Part shown: piece after piece, positions 38,534 to 51,726 of the stretch
How the letters are laid out: each line of letters starts with the position of its first letter
Position numbering within the stretch: the stretch's first letter is position 1
Assembly (NCBI GenBank): GCA_028534125.1
Contig: CM052817.1
Coordinates: forward strand, 54,686,001 to 54,750,000
Direction: 5' to 3'
Origin: Lama glama
Taxonomy: Eukaryota
Length of the DNA stretch: 64,000 nucleotides
The notes under the pieces: model-generated
Seen by the model: only the letters and a program-made list of their open reading frames with translations
The model's database searches: none
What the model was told of the DNA's origin: nothing
Made by a program: the position numbers and the translations under genes

Positions 38534-40879
38534 CTACCTTAACAATGTGGGTCTTCTGATCTATGTACATGGAATATTGTTTCCATTTATTTAGGTCTTT
38601 ATTATCTTTTGATGATGTTTTGTTGTTTTTCAGTGTATAGGCCTTACATTTCTTTTGTTGAATTTATTCCTAAAATGTATTCTTTTGATGCTATTATAAA
38701 TAGAATGACTTTCTTAATTTCGCTATCAGATTGTTCACTGATAGGATATAAAAGTACAATTTATTTTTGTACATTGATCTAGTATTCTGCAAAATTGCTG
38801 TGCTTTTTTCTTAGTTCTAACTTTTATTTACATCAATTCCTTAGAATTTTCTTTATATAAGATCCTGTTATCTGTGAATAACGTTACTTATCCTTTCCAA
38901 TATGGATGTTTTTTATTTCTTATTCTTGCCCTATTGGCCTGGCTGAAACCTCCAATTCAATGATGAATGGAAGTGGTGAGAACAGACATCATTGTGTTTC
39001 CTGATCATAAAAAGAAATCTTGCACTTTTTCTTCATAAAGTATAATGTTAGCCATGAGTTTTTCCTTAATGCTCTTTTATTAATCCAGTTGCAGAAGTTA
39101 CTCTTTATTTTAGTTTGTTCAGTGTTTTTTTTTTTATTGGGAAAGGATGTTGTTTTTTTTAAATGCTTTTTTCTGCATCTATTGAGATGATCATGTATTT
39201 TTAGCTTAGTCCTATGGTGTATTAGAGTGATTCATTTTGTATGTTGAACAAATCTTGCATTCCTGGGATAAATCCTACTTGGTCACGGTGTATAATCCTT
39301 TTTATGTTGCTAGATTTAGTTTTGCTAGTTTTTTGTTGAATATTATTTGCAACCATATTCACAAGGGATATTTTAGGAGGCCTTTACTTAACCCTTCCAG
39401 AAGTAGCTCCTCAACACTGGAGTTTTTTAAGAGCTCTTCAATTTTTTTTTTAAATCTTAGTTTAGTGAACAAATCTGACCATATCTATATGTCACAGATT
39501 TGAACTATGCTAATTCTTTACTAAGCAAGAACTGCATTTCTTATCGAATCAGATGATCTTCTAATATTTCAGTATGATTTAGAAATATTAGAATTTAGTT
39601 TTCTTCTCCCTTCCTGAGCAGGTCAAATCTCTTTATCATATTTCTCCTGTATCTCTCTCCTGTTATTTTATCTGTATTTTGGATTTACTTTCTGATTCCT
39701 GCCAGTCTCAGAACATGTTTGAATACATCCTTATGGATCGGGGCCACCTTATTTTATTTTTACTGGAATAACCTACTAATATTCTACTCATTACAAATTG
39801 TTACTAAACTTGATCCTGCATGCTCTATACATAGTTTCTAACATACTGGTATGTTCAGGGTTTGCTTTTACTGGGAAAAGAAACTGTGCAGGAATTCTTT
39901 AATGTTCTGCCTTCATTACATTCACAATGGTATCCCAAATCAATCCAATGGGCTCAGTGACAAAATAAAGCTCTGTGTAATTATATTGAAACATAACTTT
40001 GCAATCACAAAGAATTACCTATTTATAATATCTACTTGGCATAAAGATAATAACTGTTCTGAGTCTTATTAAAATACTAAAATCCTGCTCACTCAATAAG
40101 AAACGTAGCCCTTGCTAAATAAAGGATAAGTCTAGTTTAAGTATCTAAATATACGATTCTCATTATTTTATAGTCGTCTTTCTTTCTTAGCTACTGAACA
40201 CCTAAATGGGACAGGAGTGCTTGACATAGACTGTGAAAGCAAAATATGTCCTGGAAAATGAGAGAAGAGAAAGGAGAGAAATACTTTGGGTTTTTTGTTT
40301 GTTTGTTTTTTTAAAGTGGGTGAGGGGTGGAGGATGGAGTAGGGAGGTGGTGGCAGAGATTTGTTTATTCCCAGAGTGTCGTGCATACCCTGGATATGTG
40401 TTCCTGGTAAAGTTGTGAGAAATGGCTCTGCCTATTTTCAGGTAGCTCTGCTCTAGGGGTTAAAAGTTCCCCAGTGTTCTGTGAAAATCTCTCCCATACA
40501 TAAATGGATAATATCTCAATGGAAATATGGTGTACTCCTTCAAAGCGAAACAATGGATATGTCTTCCTGATTCCACCATTTCAGTAAAGGGAATAAAACA
40601 AAGAATCTTGTCAGTGGAAAAAAAATTGTAAAAGAATTGCCAATAACAACAGTAGTGAATCTCTAGGAGAACAATGAAAGGCTCAAGTCCATGTTACATT
40701 TTTTAGTGGGGATCTGTCAGGCAGGCCCCTTTCATTTAAAGTATCTGCAAGTTACTGGTGGAGGAAATCCTGATGGAACAAGATGAGGAGGGCCTGAAAA
40801 ATGTCTGTTACATGTTTACCTACATGTTTTTACATTTTTCCTGGCTCATTTCATTTTTCTAGTTATTTTATTCTATGGG

Positions 40880-42620
40880 CCTTTTTCCCCCCATCATATT
40901 CTACTACTGAAAATACTCTTGTTAAGCTAACAATGACTTAATTGTTTAGTCCAGTTCACATTTTCCACTCCGTTTAATTTATTTCATTTCTTTGCCACAT
41001 TTAACACGGTTGATTCCTCTCTTCTTGAAACTCCTTCTTCTTTTTTTTTTTTTTTTTTTGGCTTCCAAGCATACATTATTTCTTGTTCTCTTTCCTCCAT
41101 ACTCACAACTATTTTTAAGACTCTAACTTTTCTTCTTCTATGTCCCTTAATTATAGAACACTTAAGAGTTCCATCCTTGATCCTCTTCCCCTAACTATGA
41201 GTTTACCTTGCCAATTTAAAGCTGATGATTTGCAAATTATAGTTCCTAGACTAAACATTTTTACTGAGCTCCATACTCATATTTCCAGTTGTCTTTTTGA
41301 TTGTTCCTTCCCAATGATAAATTATGTCTTATATCTAATATTCAACATATTTCTGCATTCCAAAACCTGCCCCTCTTCCTGTATTTGTTAGTTTGTTTAA
41401 TGGCACTACTCTCCAAAATATCACCCAGACTACAGTCTTAGAAGCTGCTCTAGCCTACTGTCTACTATTCATTTACCACCAATCAGTCACAAGGCCATGT
41501 TTAGTCTATCTTCTTAATACCCCTTGAACCTATTCTCTTCCTTCCTTCACTGCTACAGTTAAAATGAATTACTTAGAAAAAATTATATATGCATTTTATG
41601 GAATACAGGGAGTGAGGGTGAGGAGGAATAAATCAGGAAAGGAAAGATAACCAATCCGTGGACACAATATCTAGCTGGCTGCCACTGAATGTGACTGCTA
41701 AACCTTGAAAAAAAAACATTCCCAAGAAGTCCTATAACCTACATGTATGAGAAGGAGAGAGGTTAAGGAAATGTTGGAAAAATTTATCAGCTTGTTCTAA
41801 TCTCCTGTTAGGCAAGGATTTGTCCTAGGGCTTTTATAGTCTCAGACATTTATGTTACACATGTGGGTATTAAGTGGGACTTCAAAGGTCAACAGGGAAG
41901 CCTCAGGAGCGGAGGTACAAGGCATAGGATCACACACGGCCATGTCAGGAAGTGCTGTCAGGATGCAAATGTCTGAGGTCAGACAACCATGCGGACACAG
42001 CTGAGCTTAAGAGGATCTGAAGTGTTTCATCAGAGGTGTCTTAGAGGTGTCCAACACACTTCCTAACTCGTTCTCCTTCTTTACTTCATGTAGTATATTT
42101 TCTGCAGTGCTACCAGCTGGATCTTTTAAATTGCAAATCCTAGCAATCCAATCTTAAAGAACTTCAACAATTCCACAAATCTCATATGGCAAAAATAATA
42201 AATCTTTATACCAAATACAAGAGATTCATGATCCAATTCTTATTTATCTTTGCAACATTTGCATTACTTATGTGCATTTCTTTTAGGAGACAACCACAGG
42301 AAGTGACCAATATTTTATGCCTCCTTGTTGACTTATGTGGTTTCTTCTATTTAGGATGCTGTTTTATTCATCATTTACAGTGACTCAAATGTCACTTTTT
42401 ATATGACACATTCTCTGCCATCTCCTGACTTAACTAGTTTGTTTTTTTTTCCCCGAACTTCTCTAACTTCTGGTTCATACTCGAATATAGCACAAGACGA
42501 AATGGTTTAAGAATTAGTTTACATGTATAGGGTAGAGATTGCTTTCTTTTCATGCTGGTATTTTCTAGGATTAGCAAAAAACTTAAAACATATCAAAATG
42601 TACTGATTATATGAATGAAA
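40880..42620 (+). mobile_element. L2 fossil split by an ERVL LTR
   Basis: 'actactgaaaatactcttgttaag', 'tctcttcttgaaactc', 'gctgatgatttgcaaatt', 'actgagctccatactcatatttcca'; resumes after 42060. Confidence 0.75.
41550..42058 (-). mobile_element. Old ERVL-type solo LTR (LTR16/LTR50-like)
   Basis: Purine-rich insert that interrupts the L2 and ends 'gaggatctgaag..agaggtgtccaacaCA'; subfamily uncertain. Confidence 0.55.
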
Positions 42621-44549
42621 ACATTTTATATTTGCTTCTGCCAAAAATTATTTTATCTTGGATTTTAATCTGTAATAATTACTCTTTATCTGATACTTCA
42701 TACACATTTATGTGTATTTTTGTGATGTCAGTTTTTTGTTTTCCACTTGATCCATTCATGTTCCAATGTTTTGATTCTTTAGCCAGAGTTTAAACTTTTT
42801 AGGAGTAAAGCATTTCTCCTACTTCTTTGTGTTTTCCTTAGACATTGTGTACAGAAAATAAGCTCAATAGTTACTATTGAGTTCATTCAACAAGTGAAAA
42901 AATAAAATGATTAGTTCACTTTCATTGAAAGTTTTACTTAAATTGTTCCTTCTTGAAAAATTTGACAAGTTTGAGGTTAAGTTAAGGAAGAATTACTTTT
43001 TAGTTGTTTCTTTTGCCAATCATTCTGCTTTATTCTATTTGTGGGTGAAATTAGCTCTGAAATACCATTAGTAGTTTCTTCTGCACTCTACAAGGGTTTT
43101 AGATACCGAGTACCTTTTAACCCTACGTTAGAAAACTGTCACAGTGTTTTTTACAACACTGGGGTGAATCCAGAATGTTTAGAGATTTATGTAACAATTG
43201 ATGAGAATCACCATACCAGAATAGTGGGACTGAAGTTTTGTTCGGGGATTTATTGTGTATATTATTCACATGTCCATGAGTGATAATCACTCAATATTTT
43301 TGATATAATGAAGAGAATATTCTCTTTTTGAATCAATTTATATGGAATTTTCATTCTTCTCTCTTCAGTGTATGAAAGAATATGAAAAAGGATCGGTAGA
43401 AAAAGTATCATATACCTAATATGTGATAGAGAAGCAGGAATTGGATGGTTCTATTTGTATAGTGAGACCACTGGGTATGAGTATGTGTATATTTTTCTTC
43501 AACGACTGGTAGTGGAAAATGGCTTACTATTTAGGTAATTTCCAAATTAGATGAAATATGACACCCAAAGTAAAGAATATGAGCCCGGGGATCAATTAAT
43601 AATGCTATTGTTAGTTGTGTTTTTTAAATCACATGTTAGAAACAGGGAGAATGATTTTTAAAAGGACAGTTCTGTCCTGTCTGTCCTGCTTCTGTGCTAT
43701 CTAAAATACGCCTGGCAAATAAGAAATCTTTTCTTCCACTTTACTTTTTCCTTCTGTCTTTTCTTCTTTTCCTCTTTTCTTGTCTGAGGGTATGATTGAT
43801 TTAAGACAGCATGGTGAGAATGAGGAATGAAAGGCTATCAGAAAAAAAATCATTCTCTTTCAAGCTCTGAATTTATTTTAATATGCCATTTTATTTTATT
43901 TCTTTATTAATTATTTTTATTACTAACTAGTTATTATTAATTCATCATTAATTTTTGTAAATTTCTTACATGCAAGAGGTTTATCTTCTATTTATTTACT
44001 TTTAGAAGTCTTACTACTTAGAAGAGGAAACTTTGGCCTGGGAGCCTGGAAGTCTATTATATATTAATCAAGTAATAGGTATTACTGACTTGGACTGCAA
44101 AAAAACCTAGTACTAAGTATTTTATCACTGACTGTTTCTGGCTAATATTGGAAGGGTGTACAAAATTATTTCTACCTTCACAGGTAGTAAATCTTAGGAA
44201 GGATAGCAGAAATTTCTCTAGTCATATCCAAAGTGCCAAATAAAAGACTTACAGGTGTGATATTGGAATTTTTAAAATTTCCATTATGTTTCTATTGACA
44301 TCCATACTGAAAATGATTAAATAATAACTTCATGGGAATGGCTTAATGAAATAAAAGCAGATATGGGTATCAAGATATGGGTGAATCTTCAACTATTGAA
44401 ATGTGCTGAAAGAAAACTATTAAAATAGGTAATTGATAAATCATTGAATTAACTGATTTGTTTCAAATTGGTAAGTAATTTACTTTTGAAGTCAGGTGTG
44501 GATTTTAAAGTAAAAAAAGGTGAATTATATCACTATTATTAGAAAAAAA

Positions 44550-45015
44550 ATCAGATGACTTGAATGAAGATAGGGAGATTAATTTGAACTATCTGGGTAG
44601 GCCCAACATAATCTAATAACTAATTGAAAACAGAAGAAGGAGGCAGGAAAGTCAGGTGTCTCAGAAAGTGAAGTTAGAGAGATGTGAAGCATGAGAGGAA
44701 CTCAGTCAGTTGCTGGAGGAGGACCAGAGGGCAAATATTGGAAGGAATGTGGGGGCAGCCAGCAGGAGAGAGATCGAGTCCCAGCTGACAGCCAGCAAAG
44801 AAACAGTTTGTAACTGTTTGCCACTCCTTGTAAGAGACAGTCTCCCAACACCCTAAATAAGCTAGGGAGAGGCTTCTTCCCAGAGCCTTCCAATGAGCCC
44901 AGCTGGCCCACACCTCAATTTCAATCATATGAAACTTAGAACAGAAAAACCAGCCAAGCCAACAAGAATTCTGACTCAAAGAATGGTGAGATGTTAAATT
45001 TGCATTACATTAAGC
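44550..45015 (+). mobile_element. MaLR LTR (MLT1E-like)
   Basis: 'gatagggagatta...tatctgggtaggcccaa', 'cccagctgacagccagcaaagaaac', 'ttcttcccagagccttc'. Confidence 0.85.
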
Positions 45016-45679
45016 AACAAGCAAAACAAAGCCAAAAACAGGTTTGTGAGAACTCCATTGTCTGATGCTCTGTGTTGGCAATGGATGCAGATGCAGGCCC
45101 TTAATAGTTAATCCCTCACATTTGAAACCTATTGTTTAGGAATAATTCCAAATAAAAGCACACAAGATAATAGATGAAGACAAAATAGAATAATTAGGCC
45201 TGAATATGAGTGAGTAGAGGGGCCCGTATTTTATGCCTGAAGTCAAAACTTGTCTGGCATTAACTGCTGCTGAATCATAAACTTCAGCAAGACGGGCCAG
45301 CTCTTCCTCACCCTGATGCGTTAGTGCGCGGAGGAGTTCGCTATTCATATGAAACTTCTGTGAATCACGGGTGACTTTAACTTTAGTGCTTAAATAATCT
45401 TCATATGAGCATAAATGAACCATTTATAAGCCACATATATTTTTTTCTTAATCACAATCATAAATGTGGCTCCAGAGCCAAGTTAATGGTTGTTATCATT
45501 GCCCTCTAACTTTGTCTGTTTAGAGAAAGTATGATATCTGTAGATAGAAATCAACCTGACTCTTTTTACTGACACTATTACTTTTCAAATCTTTATTATA
45601 TTAGCTTCAGTGTTTTCCATTTCAAAAAAATGTTGCAGTGAATGCCTTTGTGAAGATACTTGTCAGCATCTCCTATTAC

Positions 45680-47050
45680 CATTATCTGCTAAAGACTCCC
45701 AAATACATACTTCTAACTCTGCTCACTTCCCACTGACAGACCCTTTTATCCAGTCATCACACTGGCATATGCTCTAAAACACAAAACCTACAGTAAACAT
45801 TTCTTCATTTGTCTTTCAAAGCTTTTTTTTCCCCCTCAGTATCCCTTCTCAGTAAACAGTAAGCCATCTACTTAATTACTCAAACCATAAGTATTCTTCC
45901 TTTTTATTCATTCATTATCCAACCCTCTAATACATTTTCGATATGTATCCGCTTATTTTGCTTTTGCCACTACTATTTTAGTTTGACGCACTCTCCTCTC
46001 TCACCTGGATATCTCTGATACTGTTCTTGCTAGTTACTTCCCATCTCCTTCCTCCTCACCACAACATTCACAGTGACATTTAAAATCAAAATTAGATTGC
46101 CATTTTTCCCTTGTGGACTGAAATAAACGCACAGCCTAAAAGTTGAGAGTTTTTTATTTGGCGGGAGGACTAGAGCCGGGATGACAGCCCCTCAGATCGC
46201 CTCTGAGGGACTGCTCTGAAGAGGTAGGGGAGGAGCTAGGATATGTAGGAGCTTTACAACAAAGACCAAGTAGTTGGAACAATAAAAGATTATTTGTTAA
46301 CTAAAGAAAACCAGGCATCTCAAGTTAAAGAATTTAGTGCTTTTCTATGTATGGGAGGAAGCAATCATTTGGGCTCATTGAATTCATTCCTTTGACAAGC
46401 ACCTAGCTATCTAGGGCCAGTATCCTGTCCTTTCTTATTTTGAGTCCCCTCAGAGTGCACCATTGTGAATGGCTGCAGAGGCTGGGCTGCAGGCTTGTCT
46501 TCACTGGGGAGTGGTGGCAGCCACTGATGACTTGGTTTCAGCACTCTTTGTTTACTGATAACAATATCAGTATGTTCGTTCATACCCTTATATCTCTCCA
46601 AATTACTTTTCACTGGACTTCGAGCTAAGTTCAGACTCCTTGTTATGGTGGCCTTTAAGGCTCTACTTGAAGTGGTTTCTGAAAAACTCTGACTTTGTTT
46701 TCTGTCTCTTTCACCCTTTGTTGTATTTGGCCACATGGAACTTTTTCCTGTTCAACTATAACAAATTTGTTTGGATTTGACTCTATAAATATCAGCTCTT
46801 CAGAGGCTATCCCTAACTATCCTGCCTCAAGTAACTTCATTCTGCACCCATTATTTGAATTGATTTTTATTAAAGTACTGTATTATCTGATTATGTATAT
46901 TCATGCAGTTTTCTGCCCCTGCCCTCTTGAATACAAATTCCATATTAGTCGTGATATTATCTTTGTTTTCTCCTGCCATGTTCCCAGTTCTTCTAACTCC
47001 ATCAAGCACATAATATTTCGTAATATATGGTAAATAAATGGATGAACAGT
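45680..47050 (+). mobile_element. L2 fossil split by the MER41-like LTR
   Basis: 'gactcccaaatacatacttctaac', 'ctctctcacctgga', 'aaaatcaaaattagattgcca'; resumes after 46588 and runs to 'ggtaaataaatggatgaa'. Confidence 0.75.
46112..46584 (-). mobile_element. ERV1 solo LTR, MER41-like (cetartiodactyl lineage)
   Basis: 4-bp TSD CCCT at 46108-11 and 46585-88; TG start, with the terminal CA apparently mutated to TA. 'gcacagcctaaaagttgagagt', 'ctctgagggactgctctgaagaggtaggggaggagctagg' and 'caagttaaagaatttagtgcttttctatgtatggga' match my recollection of artiodactyl MER41. Confidence 0.82.
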
Positions 47051-47424
47051 CTTGGAATGAATTCCTAAAATTCCTAGAATTCCTAGACCAAACTGTAAAA
47101 AAGTTTGTTTCCTGTAACAAATAGCTAACTTTATTTGAAAGTTATTGCCTTTAATTTTAATTCAGTGGAAGAAGAGTCTGATTTTCAAACATTTGTCAAG
47201 TAAAAAAGGATTACATTAAAAATAAATACTATCAATCTGTTAGGTAAAAAATAATGTCTTATACAGTATGAATTTTCTTTATTATTGAGGTTGAATTATT
47301 TATTATTTATTTTTGAGGTCTTGTTTTTGTTCCAATTTATTTCTTCTTTTGATCTAGCTTAATGAATAATTCTTAACTTAGGTTGAACATGAAAATCACT
47401 TTTTAGGTTATAAAAACACAGTAA

Positions 47425-47538
47425 TATTTAGATTTGACTTCTAAAAGTTCTGATTTAGTTTATTCAGAGTGGACCCTGGCATTTGTTTTTCTTAAAGTAC
47501 TTCAGGGGTTATCTTTACCCGCGGTTGAAAACAACTGG
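47425..47538 (+). mobile_element. MER5A/B (hAT-Charlie) fragment
   Basis: 'ttctgatttagtt...agtggaccctggcatttgttttt...ggttgaaaacaactg'. Confidence 0.65.
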
Positions 47539-47672
47539 AATTCATGAATAAATATTTTATGTTCCTATACATGTAGCTTCAAATTTGAGACTCCCTCTAT
47601 GAAACTGGGAGAATAAATACAGGTGAAACAACCTCACAGAAGATTTTATTATGTTTTTAAGTTCTCTTTATG

Positions 47673-48278
47673 TGTGACAGTTATTAAATTAGTGTCTCAG
47701 CTTCAAACCTACCCTTTCGTGTTCTGCCTCGTAATGCTGGGGCTGAGATGCTGCAAATCATCTTTTCTCCTTTGCCAGTTGGTTCTTGCTGGGTTCTGCC
47801 AGTGGGGCTGCTGCAGGGAGACAGAGGGCTGGAGGCAGAAGACATTTTTGGTTCCTGTCTGAGTCTCTTATGCAGCACTTCACCAAATGGCGGCAGTTGG
47901 CGAAACAGCACAATCCAGGTACTGGTTTTCTTAGAATTCCTAGAACCAGCCTCATTAGAGACATCCTTTTCTGAGTTCTGACTCTCAGCTCCTTAGTTTC
48001 TTCCTCTGAGTTCCTGAGGCTCCAGTAATTCCTGAGTAGTGCTCCCTTCTTAGAGATCTGAGTCTCAGTTCCACCAAGACCCCTTGTCCAAGATTCTAAA
48101 CTTAAATAATTCCAGTCTTTTGTTCTCACAGCCCTGGGTTAGCTTCCTGCAGTTACTACTTTATGAGTTTCTTTTTTCCTTTTTAGTTCTTTAATACCTG
48201 ATTAACAGTTATTAATATTAAATTCTCTGTTGACATAACTTGTGCAGCTTCTATTTCCTGGCTAGATTCTGACTAGCA
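47673..48278 (+). mobile_element. ERVL solo LTR (LTR33/LTR41-like)
   Basis: 'tttgccagttggttcttgctgggttctgccagtgggg', 'agcttcctgcagttact', and terminal 'ttctatttcctggctagattctgacta'. Confidence 0.75.
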
Positions 48279-48980
48279 AAGTAGGACTGGATCAATGGCC
48301 CTGGCTGGTTAAAATGTGTAAGGCACAGACGAGGCTATAGTTCAGTTTCTAATAGAGCCCTTGGGTTACAGAAGAAATAAGTTAAGTGGCCCTCTGATGT
48401 TGATCCCAAAGACACAAATTTCAACTCTTTACTGAAAAAGCCTATTTCTTTATAGTAATCTAATTCCAGCCACACATTCATATATTCTTGAATTGCCTGA
48501 TGAGTTTCTTCATTGTAGACCAGGCAGAGTCATGAGTGGCATATGTTCTAATAAGAGTGCAGTTCAGAACAAAACATGATGAAGAGATTATATCATTAAA
48601 AATAAATCAGTAGTATGGGTTGTTTCCAAATTTACACAAGTATGTTTAATTTCTATTTGTTTGTTTCTTCTTCTAAAACAGTAAAATAATTATTCTTGCT
48701 CTACTTACATGAACATGTGTTTTGACAAAAATAGAAGATCATCCACTAAAAGTATTTTGAGAAACAAGTTGCTACATTAATAAAAATTGTGTAGATGCAT
48801 GTTAAAAAATTAAATTGTGTAAGACAGAGTCAAGGCACATTATTAACCTTTTGTTGACTGTGTTCATTCCTTCTCACTTCAAATGCAAGGATTACAAATA
48901 CAGTCTTATTTAGCATCTCTCCTTATTGAAATGCATATAGACATATACCATTTAGAACTGTGGGTATAGCATGAATTCTT

Positions 48981-50158
48981 TTTTTTTTTAATTGAAGTAT
49001 AGTCAGTTACAACATGTCAATTTCTGCTGTACAGCATAATGTCCCAGACATGCATACATATGCATATGTTTGTTTTCATATTCTTTTTCATTATAAGGTA
49101 TTGAATGTAGTTCTCTGTGCTATAGAGAAGAAATTTTTTTTTAAATCTATTTAAATATATATTGGTTAACCTTTGCAAATCTCAAAACTCCCAAATTTAT
49201 CCCTTCCTGTCCTCTTTTACCTGGTAACCATAAAATTGTTTACTATGTCTGCAGGTCTGTTTCTGTTTTGTAGATGAGTTCATTAGTGTCCTCTTTTTTC
49301 TTTTCCTTTTTTTTTTTTAGATTCCACATATGAGTGATATCATATGGTATTTTTCTTTTTCTTTCTGGCTTACTTCACTTAGAATGATGATCTCCAGGTC
49401 CATCCATGTTGCTGCAGATGGCATTTTTAAATTTTTTTATTGCTGAGTAATATTCCATTGTATAAATATACCACAACTTCTTTATCTACTCATCTGTCGA
49501 TGGACAGTTAGGTTGCTTCTATGTCTTGGCTATTGTATAGTGCTTCTATGAACACTGAAGTGCATATATCTTTTTGAATTAAAGTTTCCTCTGGGTATAT
49601 GCCCAAGAGTGGGATTGCTGATCATATGGTAAGTCTATTTTTAGTTTTTGAGGAATCTCCATACTGTTTTCCATAATGGCTGCACCAAACTACATTCCCA
49701 TCTAAAGTGTAGGAGGGTTCCCTTTTCTCCAAAGCCTCTCCAGCATTCATCCTTCATAGACTTTTGAATGATGGCTGTTCTGACTGATGTGAGGTGAGAG
49801 CTCATTGTAGTTTTGATTTGCATTTCTCTGATAATTAGTGATATTGAGCATTTTTTCATGGGCCTATTAGCCTTTAGTATTTCTTCATTCAAGAATTTCT
49901 TGTTTAGGTCTTCTGCCCATTTTTGGATTGGGTTGTTTGTTCTTTTGTTAGTAAGTTGTATGAGCTGTTTATATATTCTGGAAATTAAGCCCTTGTCAGT
50001 CTCATCTTTTGCAAATATTTTCTCCCACTCTGTAGGTTGTCTTTTTGTTTTGCTTATGGTTTCCTTTGCTGTCAAAAGTTTATAAGTTTAACTAGGCCCC
50101 ATTTGTTTATTTTTGCTTTTATTTCTATTGCCTGGGTAGACTGCCCTAGGACAACATT
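48981..50158 (-). mobile_element. 5'-truncated younger (cetartiodactyl/camelid) L1 with TSD
   Basis: TSD GCATGAATTCTT (48969-80) / GCATAAATTCTT (50159-70); poly(T) tail; ORF 49641-50075 is the L1 ORF2 C-terminus. Confidence 0.95.
49641..50075 (-). pseudogene. L1 ORF2p C-terminal fragment (non-functional)
   Basis: [12 protein letters not shown]...[10 protein letters not shown]...[12 protein letters not shown]...[10 protein letters not shown]...[28 protein letters not shown] is canonical L1 ORF2. Confidence 0.95.
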
Positions 50159-51682
50159 GCATAAATTCTTATTTGAAATGCTAGCCTCTGGATGTCAGAG
50201 AATTTGCCTCACAATCTTATTCAATTATACATGAATAATACCCTTTACATCATAGAAAAAAATGTGTTTTGTCATGGTTTTGATGACTGATACCAGGTAC
50301 TGAGTGGAGGGGTCAGAAATTTAGAGGAATTTTCCAGGAAATAACTGCAAATGTGTCAATATTTAGATCCAAAATTAAATACACAAATAATGAATTTTTG
50401 AAGTACTTTTCTAAAGTAGTTAGCACATAATAAACATTTAAAAAAACATTAAAAATGTTTATTTCTAATACTGTTAACCTTTTGTTCTTATTTGAATAAG
50501 TACTACATGATAGTATTGTAGTTTTGACTCTGTCATCAAGGTGAGGCAGGTGGGACAACAATATAGTGACATCTAAGGACCTAAACCTAAAATGCTAGCT
50601 GTCTAATCAGGACACTGTTACTGATTTTGAAAAAATGCTTCTTCTTTTTCTCTTAGAAAATAAATGAAAGACTATAGACCGTCAAACGCTTGTGTGCTGT
50701 TCTGACCATTTAGGGGACTAAACATTTAGGAGCAGCTTTTGGACATAATTTTACCTCTTTCCTGTTTCTGGTAATTGGCTCAGTCTCTACCATGGATATC
50801 AGCTGTGGCTGCACCACCTGGCACCAAAGGAGGCTCATGTGGAAATATATAGAAACTTTCCATTTAGAGCACAGTTTCTACCTCTTTGCCAGATTTTTGG
50901 GCAAGGAAAAAAATACGAATGCAGTCTTATCTATGGCACACTAAATATAGGAAAAATCCTTCCTAAGCATAAGAGAACACATTATTTATTGAACTTGTGA
51001 TAATCCTGGGCCTGTCTCCACATCAGTCTTTATAGCCTGAGAGCCATACTTCATTGAGACTCAACCCTACCTTAACAAGAGGCATTGACAGCAGAGCGTG
51101 ACACTTGAGACTCTCAGCTCCTACCTACCAGGTGACCATGAAAACCCTGCTGCTGTCATCCCCTTGTCTGAGCTCCCTTCTGCTTCTATTCTGAAGGGGC
51201 CCTGATAGCAGTAAGCCTCAGTGATTGCAGTTGTCTTGGCATGAGCACTCAGCTATTCTGTTTCTGGCTGCTCCTCTGACTATTGGCAGACAAAGGATGA
51301 ACAGGCTGCAGAATCAACCCCATTAGTGTCAACCTAATCCCCTGTAATGGGATCCACACTGGCCAAGATCAGGCACCATTCTCCATCCCCACCATCATGC
51401 AGTATGTCTTAGCCTAGCACAATATCAAGCAGTTAATAGAAGGGATGGTAACACTGCATTTGCCGCCACCTTTTGAGGAAAGCCAGAACAATGCCATGGA
51501 GAGTTTGATGTTGCACATGCAAAGACTAGGGGAAATCTATATTTTTATAGTGAAAGGAAATTACTGATATATATTCATATATATATTCCTAGGTGGGCTT
51601 TTTTTTAGAACAATTTTGTTAGAGCTGCTGATACTACAGTACCAATATTCAAGAGAAAATATTATAATGTTTCTGAACAGAA

Positions 51683-51684
<2 letters not shown>

Positions 51685-51717
<33 letters not shown>

Positions 51718-51726
51718 TGTGTGTGT
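51685..51726. repeat. (GT)n microsatellite, one interruption
   Basis: Read directly from the sequence. Confidence 0.97.

Larger units (their letters stand above)
36275..39375 (-). mobile_element. 5'-truncated L1MB-type element (~3 kb) containing a local duplication and an MLT1C
   Basis: L1MB 3' end ('aaagtgtacaa', 'gttgtacaactatcacca', 'ccagctcctgacaaccactaatcta'). ORF 37364-37645 is ORF2-like (NLHDLRLGSGFLDMTPEVQATKSKIDKWD). Ends near 'ttgcattcctgggataaatcctacttggtca'. Confidence 0.92.

Noticed and set aside
47623..48129. Cluster of overlapping ORFs up to 123 aa
   Set aside because: Explained by the higher GC content of the LTR33-like element.
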